Shown: in pieces, positions 49,360 to 59,600 of the stretch | Layout of the letters: each line of letters opens with the position of its first letter | Numbering within the stretch: the stretch's first letter is position 1 | From: Bacteroidaceae bacterium | GTDB taxonomy: Bacteria; Bacteroidota; Bacteroidia; Bacteroidales; Bacteroidaceae | Direction: 5' to 3' | DNA length: 64,000 nucleotides | Assembly: GCA_045636545.1 (NCBI GenBank) | Contig: JAZTXR010000055.1 | Coordinates: forward strand, 2,309 to 66,308 | Program-made: the position numbers and the translations under genes | Notes under the pieces: model-generated | The model's database searches: none | The model's input: the letters and a program-made list of their open reading frames with translations, nothing else | Told to the model about the DNA's origin: nothing

Positions 49360-51564
49360 TTGAATCTTTTATTCTCCATACTCGCACTGCTTGTGTCACC
49401 GGTTGAACCTGTCGATTCGGTGCTGCCGTCGATTGACATTGTCTCGTCTGTGAAGATATCCGATGAGGATGCGGGTGCGTATTCATCGACCTCACTGCGC
49501 CGCGTGGAATTGGAGAACCGTCACCTGACATCCGTCAAGGAACTGTCGGTGCTTGCACCCAATTTCTATCAGCCCGACTATGGCTCGCGCATGACATCGT
49601 CGATGTATGTGCGTGGCTTCGGCTCGCGCATAGACCAGCCCGTGGTGGGAATGAACATCGATGGCGTGCCGGTGATGAACAAGAACAGCTACGATTTTGA
49701 ACTCTTTGATATTGACCGCATTCAGGTGATGCGTGGTGCGCAGGGCTTGCTTTTCGGGCGCAACACCTCGGGCGGGGCAATGAACATCTACACTATGTCG
49801 CCGCTCGATTTTCAAGGAAAGCGCCTTGCCGTGGAGTATGGCACTGCGAACAATGTGCGTCTCAAGGCTTCGCATTATGCCAAGGTGGGTGACACTTTCG
49901 GTTGGGCAGTGGGTGTCATGTACAACCACAGCGACGGCTATTTCAAGAACCACGAACTGGGCAAGAACTGCGATGGCGGTGACAATGCCGCGCTGCGCCT
50001 GCGCCTGCAGTGGCAGCCGGGCGGCAACATGAGCATTGACAATACCCTCTCGGCCGGCTATGTGAGCGAGGGCGGTTGGGCATACGGCCATTACAATGTC
50101 TACAGGCAACAACTTGAGCCGGTTGCATATAACGACGAGTGTTCCTACAAGCGCTTCAACCTCTCCGATGGTCTTGTAATCAAAAGGCGTTTCGACCGCA
50201 TGACACTCTCGTCTGTCACAGGATATCAGTATGTCGATGACCGTATGGAACTCGACAACGATTTTCTGCCGCTCGACTATTTCTCAATGGGGCAGTACCA
50301 GAAGGAACACTCCCTGACACAGGAGTTCGTTGTCAAGGCCGATGACTTGGGCGCTTTCAATCTTTTGGGCGGCGTGTTCGGCTTCTTCAAGCACAACAGG
50401 ATGTCGGCACCTGTGCACTTTAAGCAGTATGGCATCGACAATCTCATACTCAAGAATGCCAACGAGAACTACTATTGGCTGCTCACGGGTGACAGGGAAC
50501 TGTCGTTCGAAGAGGATGCCTTTACCATTCACGACGATTTCACAATACCGGCAATGGGCGTTGCAGCCTTTGTGCAGGGTGGTCTCTCTTTAGGAGGTTT
50601 TGATGTCAAGGCCGGCCTGCGTGTCGATTATGAATACTCCTCGATGAGCTACGACAGCCGTGCAACGGTGCGCTACAGTACATACAGGGATTTGCGCGAC
50701 AGCAACGAACTGAACTCTGTTTTCAAGGGAAACAGGGCTGTGGATGCGCTTGAGGTGTTGCCGAGCCTCTCTGTCTCATACGATGGCAGTTGGGGTAACG
50801 TCTATGCTTCGGCACGTAAAGGCTTCAAGTCCGGCGGCTTCAATACACAGCTCTTCTCCGATATTTTGCAAAGCAAGATGATTGGCGAGCTCATTGGCAA
50901 CGACCAGGAGGCCGATGTGTCGTCTACGGTGTATCGCCCCGAGGAGAACTGGACATACGAACTGGGCGCGCACCTCTCGCCGCTTGCAAACGGAAACTTG
51001 GATATATCAGCCACGCTGTTTTATATAGGTTGCCGCAACCAGCAACTTACGGTCTTTCCGCAGGGAATGGGCACGGGGCGCATGATGTCCAATGCCGGCC
51101 GCTCGTTCAGCACCGGCGTGGAACTTGGTGCGCGTTATGTAGTCGGCGCCTTTACCATTGATGCGGGATTTGGCTACACACACGCCCGTTTCATTGAGTA
51201 TAACCGCGGCGATGTGGATCTTGCCGGCAAGGCGTTGCCATACGCACCGCGCGAGACTTACTCTGCCAATATTGCCTATCGCATTCCCGTTCCGCGCAGT
51301 TTTGCAAACATCTTTGTGCTCAATGTTGGTTGGAACGGCGTTGGGCGCATATATTGGAACGAGGAGAACACGCTGTCGCAACCGTTCTATAGCCTGCTGT
51401 CGGCATCGCTTGTGTGGGAAAAAGGGCACTGGGGCGCATCGCTGTGGGGCAAGAACCTGCTGAATGAAAAGTACAATACGTTCTATTTCCGCTCAATAGG
51501 CAACGACTTCTTTGCGCAGGGCAAACCGTTGCATCTTGGAGTGTCATTTCATGTAAATTTATAA
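49360..51564 (+). CDS. TonB-dependent receptor (non-SusC type)
   Basis: Plug-domain motifs (VRGFGSRIDQPVVGMNIDGVP, IQVMRGAQGLLFGRNTSGGAMNI) plus a long beta-barrel. Start uncertain: only a TTG is available right after an in-frame TGA. Confidence 0.8.
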   Translation: MNLLFSILALLVSPVEPVDSVLPSIDIVSSVKISDEDAGAYSSTSLRRVELENRHLTSVKELSVLAPNFYQPDYGSRMTSSMYVRGFGSRIDQPVVGMNIDGVPVMNKNSYDFELFDIDRIQVMRGAQGLLFGRNTSGGAMNIYTMSPLDFQGKRLAVEYGTANNVRLKASHYAKVGDTFGWAVGVMYNHSDGYFKNHELGKNCDGGDNAALRLRLQWQPGGNMSIDNTLSAGYVSEGGWAYGHYNVYRQQLEPVAYNDECSYKRFNLSDGLVIKRRFDRMTLSSVTGYQYVDDRMELDNDFLPLDYFSMGQYQKEHSLTQEFVVKADDLGAFNLLGGVFGFFKHNRMSAPVHFKQYGIDNLILKNANENYYWLLTGDRELSFEEDAFTIHDDFTIPAMGVAAFVQGGLSLGGFDVKAGLRVDYEYSSMSYDSRATVRYSTYRDLRDSNELNSVFKGNRAVDALEVLPSLSVSYDGSWGNVYASARKGFKSGGFNTQLFSDILQSKMIGELIGNDQEADVSSTVYRPEENWTYELGAHLSPLANGNLDISATLFYIGCRNQQLTVFPQGMGTGRMMSNAGRSFSTGVELGARYVVGAFTIDAGFGYTHARFIEYNRGDVDLAGKALPYAPRETYSANIAYRIPVPRSFANIFVLNVGWNGVGRIYWNEENTLSQPFYSLLSASLVWEKGHWGASLWGKNLLNEKYNTFYFRSIGNDFFAQGKPLHLGVSFHVNL

Positions 51565-51569
51565 AAACA

Positions 51570-52028
51570 ATGAAAAAAACAATATTATCACTATTTTTGC
51601 CGATGACTCTGCTGTCATGCGTGGATAACAGCGCAACATTCCCCGCCGATGCCGATGGTGTCTATTATGGCGACCTTGTTGTGGGTGACTATACCCAAAG
51701 GAATGTGGGCATATCGGTGACCGAAACATCGGACTCCACGGTAGATGTGTTCTTCGATAACGTGAAGTTTGCTGCTGCCATGCCTTTGAAGATTGATATA
51801 ACCGTCAAGTCTGTACCTTGCATGAAGAGCGGCGCTGTGCTTGGCTTTTCGGCTGTGGACATAGACCCTTATATGAACCGCGAGAAGGAACCGCAACCCG
51901 AGTACCGCTTTGCATTCATCTCGGGCGCAGTTGAAGGGAATGAACTTCTGCTCGAGGCCCGTATGTCCGATGACCTGAAACCTTCCCGTGCAGGGAAGAG
52001 CTTCAGCTTTAAGGGAACCTGTAATTGA
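51570..52028 (+). CDS. small lipoprotein, calycin/lipocalin-like by recollection
   Basis: Lipobox LLSC, 152 aa, beta-rich, immediately downstream of the TonB-dependent receptor. Confidence 0.5.
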   Translation: MKKTILSLFLPMTLLSCVDNSATFPADADGVYYGDLVVGDYTQRNVGISVTETSDSTVDVFFDNVKFAAAMPLKIDITVKSVPCMKSGAVLGFSAVDIDPYMNREKEPQPEYRFAFISGAVEGNELLLEARMSDDLKPSRAGKSFSFKGTCN

Positions 52029-52049
52029 TAAAAAGTAAAAACCATAGTT

Positions 52050-53705
52050 ATGAAAAAAGTTCTTTTGGCAGTTCTTGCAATTGCAATGAGCCTTGGTTCC
52101 TTTGCCCAGGTGAAAGCCCGTTGGGGCAGCATTGATGTGCGCTATTCTTTGGATTGCAGTGACGTAGTCAGCGATTGTGCCGTGAACAATGCTGTGGCAT
52201 GGCGCGGTGAGCGCGTGAACCTGCAACTTGTTGTGGAGAACGGCGCGAAAGAGAGCAGAGTGGAGTATAGGTTCAGCGACCTCAAGTGTGGCAGGAGTGT
52301 TATCCCCGCGGAGAATGTTGTGGGTGGTTTTGTACTGCCTGTACTCACAGACAGGTTCACCGGCTGTGGCCGTCACGAGGTGGATGCTCATGGCGAGGTT
52401 CCTGTTGCCGACCGCATTACCGTTTCCGATACAACAATTCTCGCCGTAGGTGCCCGCCGTGGCCTGTGGCTCACTGTTCAGGTTCCGCAGAACGCAAAGC
52501 CCGGAGCATACAAGGGAACTGTTGAACTTGTATCAGCCGGCAAGAAATCGAGATACAGCTACACGGTCAAGGTAATAGACCGCACTTTGCCCGCGCCAAA
52601 GGAGTGGGCTTTCCACCTCGACCTTTGGCAGAATCCATACGCCATAGCCCGCGTGCACAACGTGGAACTGTGGAGTGATGAACATTTTGAGGCTATGCGC
52701 CCTTATATGCTCAAACTTGCTTCGGCGGGTCAGAAAGCCATTACAGCAACGCTCATAGATCGTCCCTGGGATGGCCAGACATACGACCCCTTCGGCAGCA
52801 TGGTCACTTGGGTGAAGAAAGCCGACGGCACCTGGTGGTACGACTTCACAATCTTCGACCGTTGGGTAGAGTTCATGATGGAGTGCGGTATAGACAAGGA
52901 GATTACCTGCTTCTCAATGATTCCTTGGAAACTGTCGTTCCGCTACTACGACCAGGCGACCCACTCACACAAGAATATCAACTGCGCTCCGGGCGAGGAG
53001 GCTTACGCGCAGTTCTGGGGCGGAATGCTCAGCGCATTCTCGGCTCACTTGAAGGAGAAAGGCTGGTTTGACAAGACATTCATCTCAATGGACGAGCGCA
53101 GTCTGCAGCAGATGCAGGCGGCCATAAAGGTTATAAAGGAGTATGCTCCCGGAATGAAGATTTCAATGGCGGGCAACTATCATCCCGAGATTGAGGCCGA
53201 CATTCACGACTACTGCCTTGATATCTTTGCATACGGTGCATACACTCCCGAGTTGCTGGCTGCACGCCGCGCGCAGGGCAAGGTCTCTACCTACTACACC
53301 TGCTGCAGCGCCGAGTATCCGAACCTCTTTACATTCTCGGACCCTGCTGATGCAGCCTTCATCGCTCTCGAGGCTCTTGCAAAAGACCTCGACGGCTATC
53401 TGCGTTGGGCATACAACAGTTGGACCGTGACCCCCGAGGAGGATTCGCGCTTCACCGCATGGCCTGCGGGCGACACATACGTGGTCTATCCGTTCAGCGT
53501 AAGCTCGGTGCGTTGGGAACGTCTTGTGCAGGGTATCCAGTTGTTCGAGAAATATAAAATTTTGCTTGCCGAGGCAAAGGCTGCCGGCGATGCAGAGCGC
53601 GTGGACGGGCTTGAGAACTTGCTGCGCAGTGTCGATATAAAGAAAATTTCAACCGATAGTGAGGTTATTGTGAATGGCTTTGCAGACGGTTTGAATGCAA
53701 TGTAA
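52050..53705 (+). CDS. secreted protein resembling the DUF4091 / glycoside-hydrolase-like family
   Basis: Signal peptide. The central segment WQNPYAIARVHNVELWSDEHFEAMRPYM...LIDRPWDGQTYDPFGSMV matches my memory of DUF4091 proteins (unverified). Confidence 0.5.
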   Translation: MKKVLLAVLAIAMSLGSFAQVKARWGSIDVRYSLDCSDVVSDCAVNNAVAWRGERVNLQLVVENGAKESRVEYRFSDLKCGRSVIPAENVVGGFVLPVLTDRFTGCGRHEVDAHGEVPVADRITVSDTTILAVGARRGLWLTVQVPQNAKPGAYKGTVELVSAGKKSRYSYTVKVIDRTLPAPKEWAFHLDLWQNPYAIARVHNVELWSDEHFEAMRPYMLKLASAGQKAITATLIDRPWDGQTYDPFGSMVTWVKKADGTWWYDFTIFDRWVEFMMECGIDKEITCFSMIPWKLSFRYYDQATHSHKNINCAPGEEAYAQFWGGMLSAFSAHLKEKGWFDKTFISMDERSLQQMQAAIKVIKEYAPGMKISMAGNYHPEIEADIHDYCLDIFAYGAYTPELLAARRAQGKVSTYYTCCSAEYPNLFTFSDPADAAFIALEALAKDLDGYLRWAYNSWTVTPEEDSRFTAWPAGDTYVVYPFSVSSVRWERLVQGIQLFEKYKILLAEAKAAGDAERVDGLENLLRSVDIKKISTDSEVIVNGFADGLNAM

Positions 53706-53715
53706 TTGATTGAAG

Positions 53716-54603
53716 ATGAAAAAAATGTTATTGGGAGTGCTGCTCCTGTTCTGCTCTTTCTCTGCCGCTGAGGCAAAGGTGTACAGGGTTGAGGATGTGC
53801 CAATGGTGCATCTTGCCGACCGCACCCGCTACGTCAGCAACCCCGACGGAATACTTTCCGCTCCGTCCGTGGCGACAATCGACAGCCTGTTGTTTGCCCT
53901 TGAGGAGAGTACCGGTATCCAGGTGCTTGTGGCTGTGCTTGGCAATATTGAGGGCGGCGACTGTTTTGACTTTGCCTACCGTTTGGGAAAGGAGAATGGT
54001 GTAGGCCGGAAAGAGAGTGACAACGGGCTTGTGGTGCTGCTTTCAACCGGCGAGCGGTGTGTGCAGTTCGCTACAGGCTATGGACTTGAGGGTGTGATGC
54101 CCGATGCAATGTGTAAACGCATACAGCAGCATTACATGGTAGAGCATTTTGCCGGTGGTGACTGGGATGCGGGAATGTTGGCCGGTATGCGTGCCGTCTG
54201 TGGTGTTCTGGATGGTTCTATGGAGGGTGTTGCCGATGAGGATTCCGAAGGGGAACTTATAGCGCTGGCAATATTTATCACTATGATTTTTGGCGGTCTG
54301 GCTGTGATAATCTTTGCTGTTTGGTATAGCAGCCGTTGCCCCAATTGTGGAAAACATAAGATTCAGAGGGTCGCTTCGCGCATTGTGAAACGTTGTAACG
54401 GTTATCTGGTACGCGAGAATACCTATCGTTGCCTGAACTGCGGGCATACGTTTGTGCGTAGAGAACACGCCGATGATAATGGCAATCGCCATACGCGCGG
54501 CGGAGTAGTTATTGGCGGCGGTGGCTTTGGGCGTGGCGGCGGCTTCGGTGGAAGTTTTGGCGGTGGCAGCTTTGGCGGCGGTGGCGCTGGCAGCCGTTTT
54601 TGA
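53716..54603 (+). CDS. TPM-domain (YgcG-like) membrane protein with zinc-ribbon insert and Gly-rich tail
   Basis: Signal peptide, TPM-fold pattern (GIQVLVAVLG...NGLVVLLSTGERCVQFATGYGLEG), TM segment, CPNC...CLNC, C-terminal GGGFGRGGGFGGSFGGGSFGGGG. Confidence 0.75.
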   Translation: MKKMLLGVLLLFCSFSAAEAKVYRVEDVPMVHLADRTRYVSNPDGILSAPSVATIDSLLFALEESTGIQVLVAVLGNIEGGDCFDFAYRLGKENGVGRKESDNGLVVLLSTGERCVQFATGYGLEGVMPDAMCKRIQQHYMVEHFAGGDWDAGMLAGMRAVCGVLDGSMEGVADEDSEGELIALAIFITMIFGGLAVIIFAVWYSSRCPNCGKHKIQRVASRIVKRCNGYLVRENTYRCLNCGHTFVRREHADDNGNRHTRGGVVIGGGGFGRGGGFGGSFGGGSFGGGGAGSRF

Positions 54604-54634
54604 GAGTATGTGTAAACAATAAAAAAATAAGAAT

Positions 54635-55216
54635 ATGAAAAAGTCAACAATCATTATTTTGGTAGCGGTGGCTGTGGTTGCCGTTTGGGCAGTGACAGGT
54701 TACAATGGCCTTGTCAAGGCTGATGAGGCTGTCAGTACAGCCTGGAGCAATGTCGAGAACCAGTATCAGCGTCGTGCCGACCTCATCCCCAATCTTGTGA
54801 ACACGGTAAAGGGTTAAGCGGCGCATGAGAAAGACACGCTCGATGCCGTTGTGGCAGCCCGCGCGCGTGCAACACAGGTGACGGTGGATGCCGAGAGTAT
54901 GACCCCCGAAATGCTGCAGCAGTACCAGCAGAGTCAAAGCGAGGTGGGCGCCGCGCTTGGTCGCCTGCTTGCTGTTGCCGAGGCCTACCCCGATCTCAAG
55001 GCAAACACAAACTTCCTTGAACTGCAGGCGCAGCTCGAGGGGACCGAGAACCGCATAAGTGTTGAACGCCGTAATTTCAACGAGGTGGCAAAGGGTTACA
55101 ACACCTCTATACGTACATTCCCGCGCAACATTCTTGCCGGAATGTTCGGCTTTGAAAAGCGCCCTTACTTCGAGGCGCAGGAGGGAGTGGAGAATGTACC
55201 GGTGGTGCAGTTTTGA
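54635..55216 (+). pseudogene. lemA: lemA interrupted by one in-frame TAA (codon 61)
   Basis: ORFs 54635-54817 and 54851-55216 are in the same frame. Read through, they give a full LemA protein (...[24 protein letters not shown]...). TAA at 54815-54817 sits where LemA proteins have Tyr. Confidence 0.8.
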
Positions 55217-55242
55217 TGAATGAACAATAGAAATCTTGAAAA

Positions 55243-56400
55243 ATGGAAATAACACCAACAATCAGATACGTAGGGGTGGATGACCTTGATATCGACCTCT
55301 TTGAGAGCCAATATGTAGTGCCCGAAGGTATGGCATACAATTCGTACATAATACTCGATGAAAAGGTGGCTATTATGGATACTGTGGATGCACGCAAGGG
55401 TGCAGAGTGGTGGGCTAACGTTGAGTCTGTACTTGCAGGCCGCACCCCCGATTACCTTGTGGTGCAGCACCTTGAGCCCGACCACGCGGCGCTCATTCAC
55501 GAGGTAGTGACCCGCTATCCGCAGGTGAAAGTGGTTGCAACGGCAAAGGCTGTGCAGATGATGCCGCAGTTCTTTGACAATGTGGACTTCGAGGGGCGCA
55601 CTGTTGTCGTGAAGGAGGGTGATACACTCTCGCTCGGCAGCCACACGTTGCAGTTCTTTGTAGCTCCAATGGTACACTGGCCCGAGGTAATGGTCTCATA
55701 CGAACAGAGCGAGAAGGTGCTCTTTGCTGCCGATGCTTTTGGTAAGTTCGGGGCTTTGTGCAATGGGGGCTCTTGGGATTGCGAGGCTCGCCGCTACTAT
55801 ATAAACATCTGCGGAAAGTATGGCGCGCAGGTGCAGACACTGCTCAAAAAGGCCGCAACGCTGGACATTGCCATAATCTGCCCGTTGCATGGCCCTGTCT
55901 TGACCGGGAATCTTGGTCACTACATTGGGTTGTACGACACTTGGAGTAAGTATGAGCCGGAGAACGAGGGCGTGCTTGTCGCATACGCATCAATCCATGG
56001 CGGCACAGCCGTGGCTGCCAACCGCCTTGCCGATATGTTGCGCGAAAAAGGCGCACCCAAGGTCGTAGTCGCCGACCTCTCGCGCTGCGACATGGCTGAG
56101 GCTGTGGAGGATGCTTTCCGCTACAGCCACATGGTGGTGTGCGCGGCTTCATACGATGCCGATGTGTTCCCGCCTATGCACGATTTCCTGCACCACCTGA
56201 AACTCAAGAGCTACCAGAACCGCAAGGTGGCAATAATGGAGAACGGCTCGTGGGCGCCCACGGCCGGTCGTGTGATGCGTGCCATGCTCGAGGGTATGAA
56301 GAATGTTGAAATTGTTGAACCAGTGGTGACAATACGTTCCCGCATGAAGGATAGCGACCTGCCGGCAATGGAACAGCTGGCGGCACAGCTGCTTGCGTGA
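55243..56400 (+). CDS. FprA-family A-type flavoprotein (metallo-beta-lactamase-like diiron domain plus flavodoxin domain)
   Basis: YNSYIILDEKVAIMDT, VVQHLEPDHA diiron ligand motif, C-terminal flavodoxin-like domain (VLVAYASIHGGT). Confidence 0.8.
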   Translation: MEITPTIRYVGVDDLDIDLFESQYVVPEGMAYNSYIILDEKVAIMDTVDARKGAEWWANVESVLAGRTPDYLVVQHLEPDHAALIHEVVTRYPQVKVVATAKAVQMMPQFFDNVDFEGRTVVVKEGDTLSLGSHTLQFFVAPMVHWPEVMVSYEQSEKVLFAADAFGKFGALCNGGSWDCEARRYYINICGKYGAQVQTLLKKAATLDIAIICPLHGPVLTGNLGHYIGLYDTWSKYEPENEGVLVAYASIHGGTAVAANRLADMLREKGAPKVVVADLSRCDMAEAVEDAFRYSHMVVCAASYDADVFPPMHDFLHHLKLKSYQNRKVAIMENGSWAPTAGRVMRAMLEGMKNVEIVEPVVTIRSRMKDSDLPAMEQLAAQLLA

Positions 56401-56426
56401 GAATTGTTGTTATAGAGTGTTAAAAT

Positions 56427-56465
56427 AAAATAGGTTTGCCATTGCGGCAAGCCTATTTTTGCTAT
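56427..56465 (+). terminator. intrinsic terminator
   Basis: AAATAGGTTTGCC-ATTGC-GGCAAGCCTATTT plus T-run. Confidence 0.7.
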
Positions 56466-56513
56466 AATATTATAATATATAGATATTTATTTGCTTTTAT
56501 AAATAGTATGCTT

Positions 56514-56521
56514 TACTTTTG
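56514..56521 (+). promoter_or_regulatory. -7 box TACTTTTG (GH95 gene promoter)
   Basis: TAnnTTTG match 89 nt upstream of the ATG at 56610. Confidence 0.4.
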
Positions 56522-56609
56522 TTCTTTGAAATGGTATGCTCCAAAGAGTGTCCTGTTTTATGTATGGATAAAACAATAAACTTAATACTAACAATTTAAA
56601 ACAAACTCT

Positions 56610-59600
56610 ATGAAAAAGATCTTCTTCATGCTTGTCTCTTTCTTGTGTATGGCTTTTGCCGCACAGGCTCAGACAGTAACTGATCTCTCGCAATTGAGTA
56701 ACGACAAAGTCTACACATTGCGTAGTGCGCGTGCTTTCTTGTTGTACAGCGAGAATGTCCCCGGCGAAATCTGTGGTAGCACAGGTAAGCAGGTTGGCAG
56801 TGTAACAAGAAACAATGCCGACCCTGCACAGTTGTTCCGTATCGAAAAGAACGGTTCGAACTACTATCTCTACAGCCTTGGTGCCGAGAAGTATGTAAGC
56901 TCAAACGGTAGCTTCACTGCAACAGCTTCTTCGGTTCTCAGCCTGACAAACGTTGGTGGCAACTATCCCTGGAAGCTCACCATTGGCGGTAACGGTATGA
57001 ACTCACAGGTAGCCGGACAGATGGATGCCGGTATCACTGTAAACGGCTATACATTAACCGACGAGGGTAACTGCTACATTATTGAGGAGGGCGTTGCTCC
57101 ATCTTCTGATTTTTCTGTATCGGTTCTTGGTACAGACAATGCTGCTGCCGGTGTTGTTGTCAACGGCACAGAGTACAAGAATGGCGACACTTTTACAGTT
57201 GATTTCGTGCTCAAGAGAAGCCACCTCAAGGCCAATGCAGTTGAGGGCAAGATTGCTACTGCATACGTTGACGGTGCTGTTGTATATGTAAGCTACTTTG
57301 ACGCCGATACAAAGTTCTACACAATCCAGAACGGCAAGGGCGGTTATGTAAGCTTGAACCCAGAGTATTGCAGCGGTGCAAACCTGATGCTTTCGAACAA
57401 GAATACTCCACGCGACAACCAGGCTATCTGGGCATTTGTGAAGAATGGTTCGGTATATAATGTGTATAACTATTCAACAGGTCTTTCAAAGGTACTTGGT
57501 ATGACTGGCAGCGAGGCTTCGGCTCGTGCAGTGATGGTGAATCCCGAGACAACTTCTTATACTGTCGAGTTCGACGGTACTTTGAATTTTGGCAATGGTG
57601 AGCCTTCTTACATCAAATGGGCGGGTACTTCAAGCCAGTATTGGAATGACCGTAACAGCTATCTCGCGTTGTGGAACAGCAGTGGCGCTATAGGTGATAC
57701 CGGTAGTAAGTTCTTCCTCGATGAGGTTGACTATGCCGATTATCCCGATGAGTACATCCACGAGATTTCAAAGATTGAGGGCGTTTCTTCATTCTCACCA
57801 AAGAACCCCAATACATTGTGGTACACAACATCGGCCGAGGCTGCGGGTGTAAGCTATCCTTGGATGGAGTATGCATTGCCACTCGGTAACGGTGAGCTTG
57901 GCTGTATGGTATTCGGCGGTGTACGCACCGAGGAGCTCCAGTTCAACGAGAAGACTCTCTGGAGTGGTCCTGCAAACGTTGTAGGCGCAGGCGGTGGTAA
58001 CCGTACATTCATGAATTTTGGTTCGTTGTTTATCACAAATAATGACAATACCGTATTTGATGGTGTAACCGACTATGTACGCTACCTCGACATTGAGGAG
58101 GGTATCGCAGGTGTTGAGTTCAAGAACGTTAATGGTACAAAGCAGGTTCGCAAGTACTTCAGCTCTGCTCCCGACCAGGTAATCGCAGGTCAGTACGTGA
58201 GCGAGGGCGAGGACAAGCTTAACCTTACATTCATGTTGGAGCCTGGTACAGGTATCGGTGCAAGCGCTGTTACATACAACGCCGACGGTACAGCAGAGTT
58301 CACCGGTGCCATGACTGTAAACTATGCGGCACGCTTGCACGTTGTTGCAAGTGAGGGTGCGACAGTGACAGCTTCGGCAAGAGGCATTACTGTCAAGGAT
58401 GCAACAGAGGTTACATTCTACCTCAAGGGTGCAACAAACTTCAACGGTGATATGGAGGTTCTCAACAACTACTTTACAACAGAGACTTCGGCCGATGTCA
58501 ACGAGCGCGTAAAGGGTGAGATTGAGGCTGCTCAGGCCAAGGGCTTCGCTGCTGTTGAGGCTGCACACGTTGCCGATTTCACAGCAATCACAAAGCGCAT
58601 GACATTCGACCTCGGTCTTACAACTCCAACAGTTGACACAAAGACTTTGGTTGACAACTACTATCCAAATAATCCTAACGCAACCAGCACACAGAACGAC
58701 CACCTGTTCCTCGAGCAGTTGTATTTCCACTATGGCCGTTACTTGGCTATCGGCTCAAACCGCAAGCCTATCGCTGCTCCAAACAACCTCCAGGGTATAT
58801 GGAACGACCGTGGTGCCGATTCTCCTTGGAACTCTGATATCCACACAAACATCAACATCCAGATGAACTACTGGCCAACTGAGATTACAAACCTCAGCGA
58901 CCTCCACAAGCCATTCGTGAACTTCATCATCCGTGGTGCACAGAGCGATGGTTGGAAGAAGGTAGGTCAGCAGTACAACGCAGGCTACGGCTGGAGCGTA
59001 CTTACCGAGTCTTCACTCTACAACAGTATGAGTACATGGGGTAGCAACTACCTTGTTGCAAACGTTTGGTACACCAGCCACTTGTGGATGCACTACCGTT
59101 ATACACAGGATAAGGAGTTCTTGCGCAAGGCATTCCCTGTAATGTGGGATTGCGCAGAGTTCTGGTTCCACCGTCTTATCAAGGACCGCAGAGTTTACGA
59201 TGATACATACGTTGCTCCAGATGAGTTCAGTGCCGAGCAGCACGGAAACGAGAAAGAGGACGGTACAGCTCACGCACAGCAGATGATCAGCTACCTCTTC
59301 GAGAACATTGCCGAGGCTATTGAGATTCTTGGTGCAAACGAGTTGGGGCTTTCACAGGCCGACCTTGACAAACTTGCACTCTACCTTGAGAAGACAGACA
59401 AGGGCTTGCATACCGAGGTTTACGATGGTAAATGGGGTAATCCTTGCTTTGGTGTAAAGACCGGTGATGTATTGCTCCGCGAATGGAAGTACTCTCCATA
59501 TTCAGTAGGTGAGAAGGGCCACCGTCACATCTCGCACCTGATGGCATTGTTCCCAATGGACCAGATTACTCCCGAGAGCGAGTATTTCGTTCCTGCAGTG

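Noticed and set aside
54815-54817. TAA in lemA as evidence for stop-codon reassignment or programmed readthrough.
   Set aside because: TAA terminates other well-defined genes in the window at the expected positions (rpmF, purB, ferredoxin, LptB-neighbour genes). A simple nonsense mutation or a sequencing error is more parsimonious. It is kept as a pseudogene finding instead.
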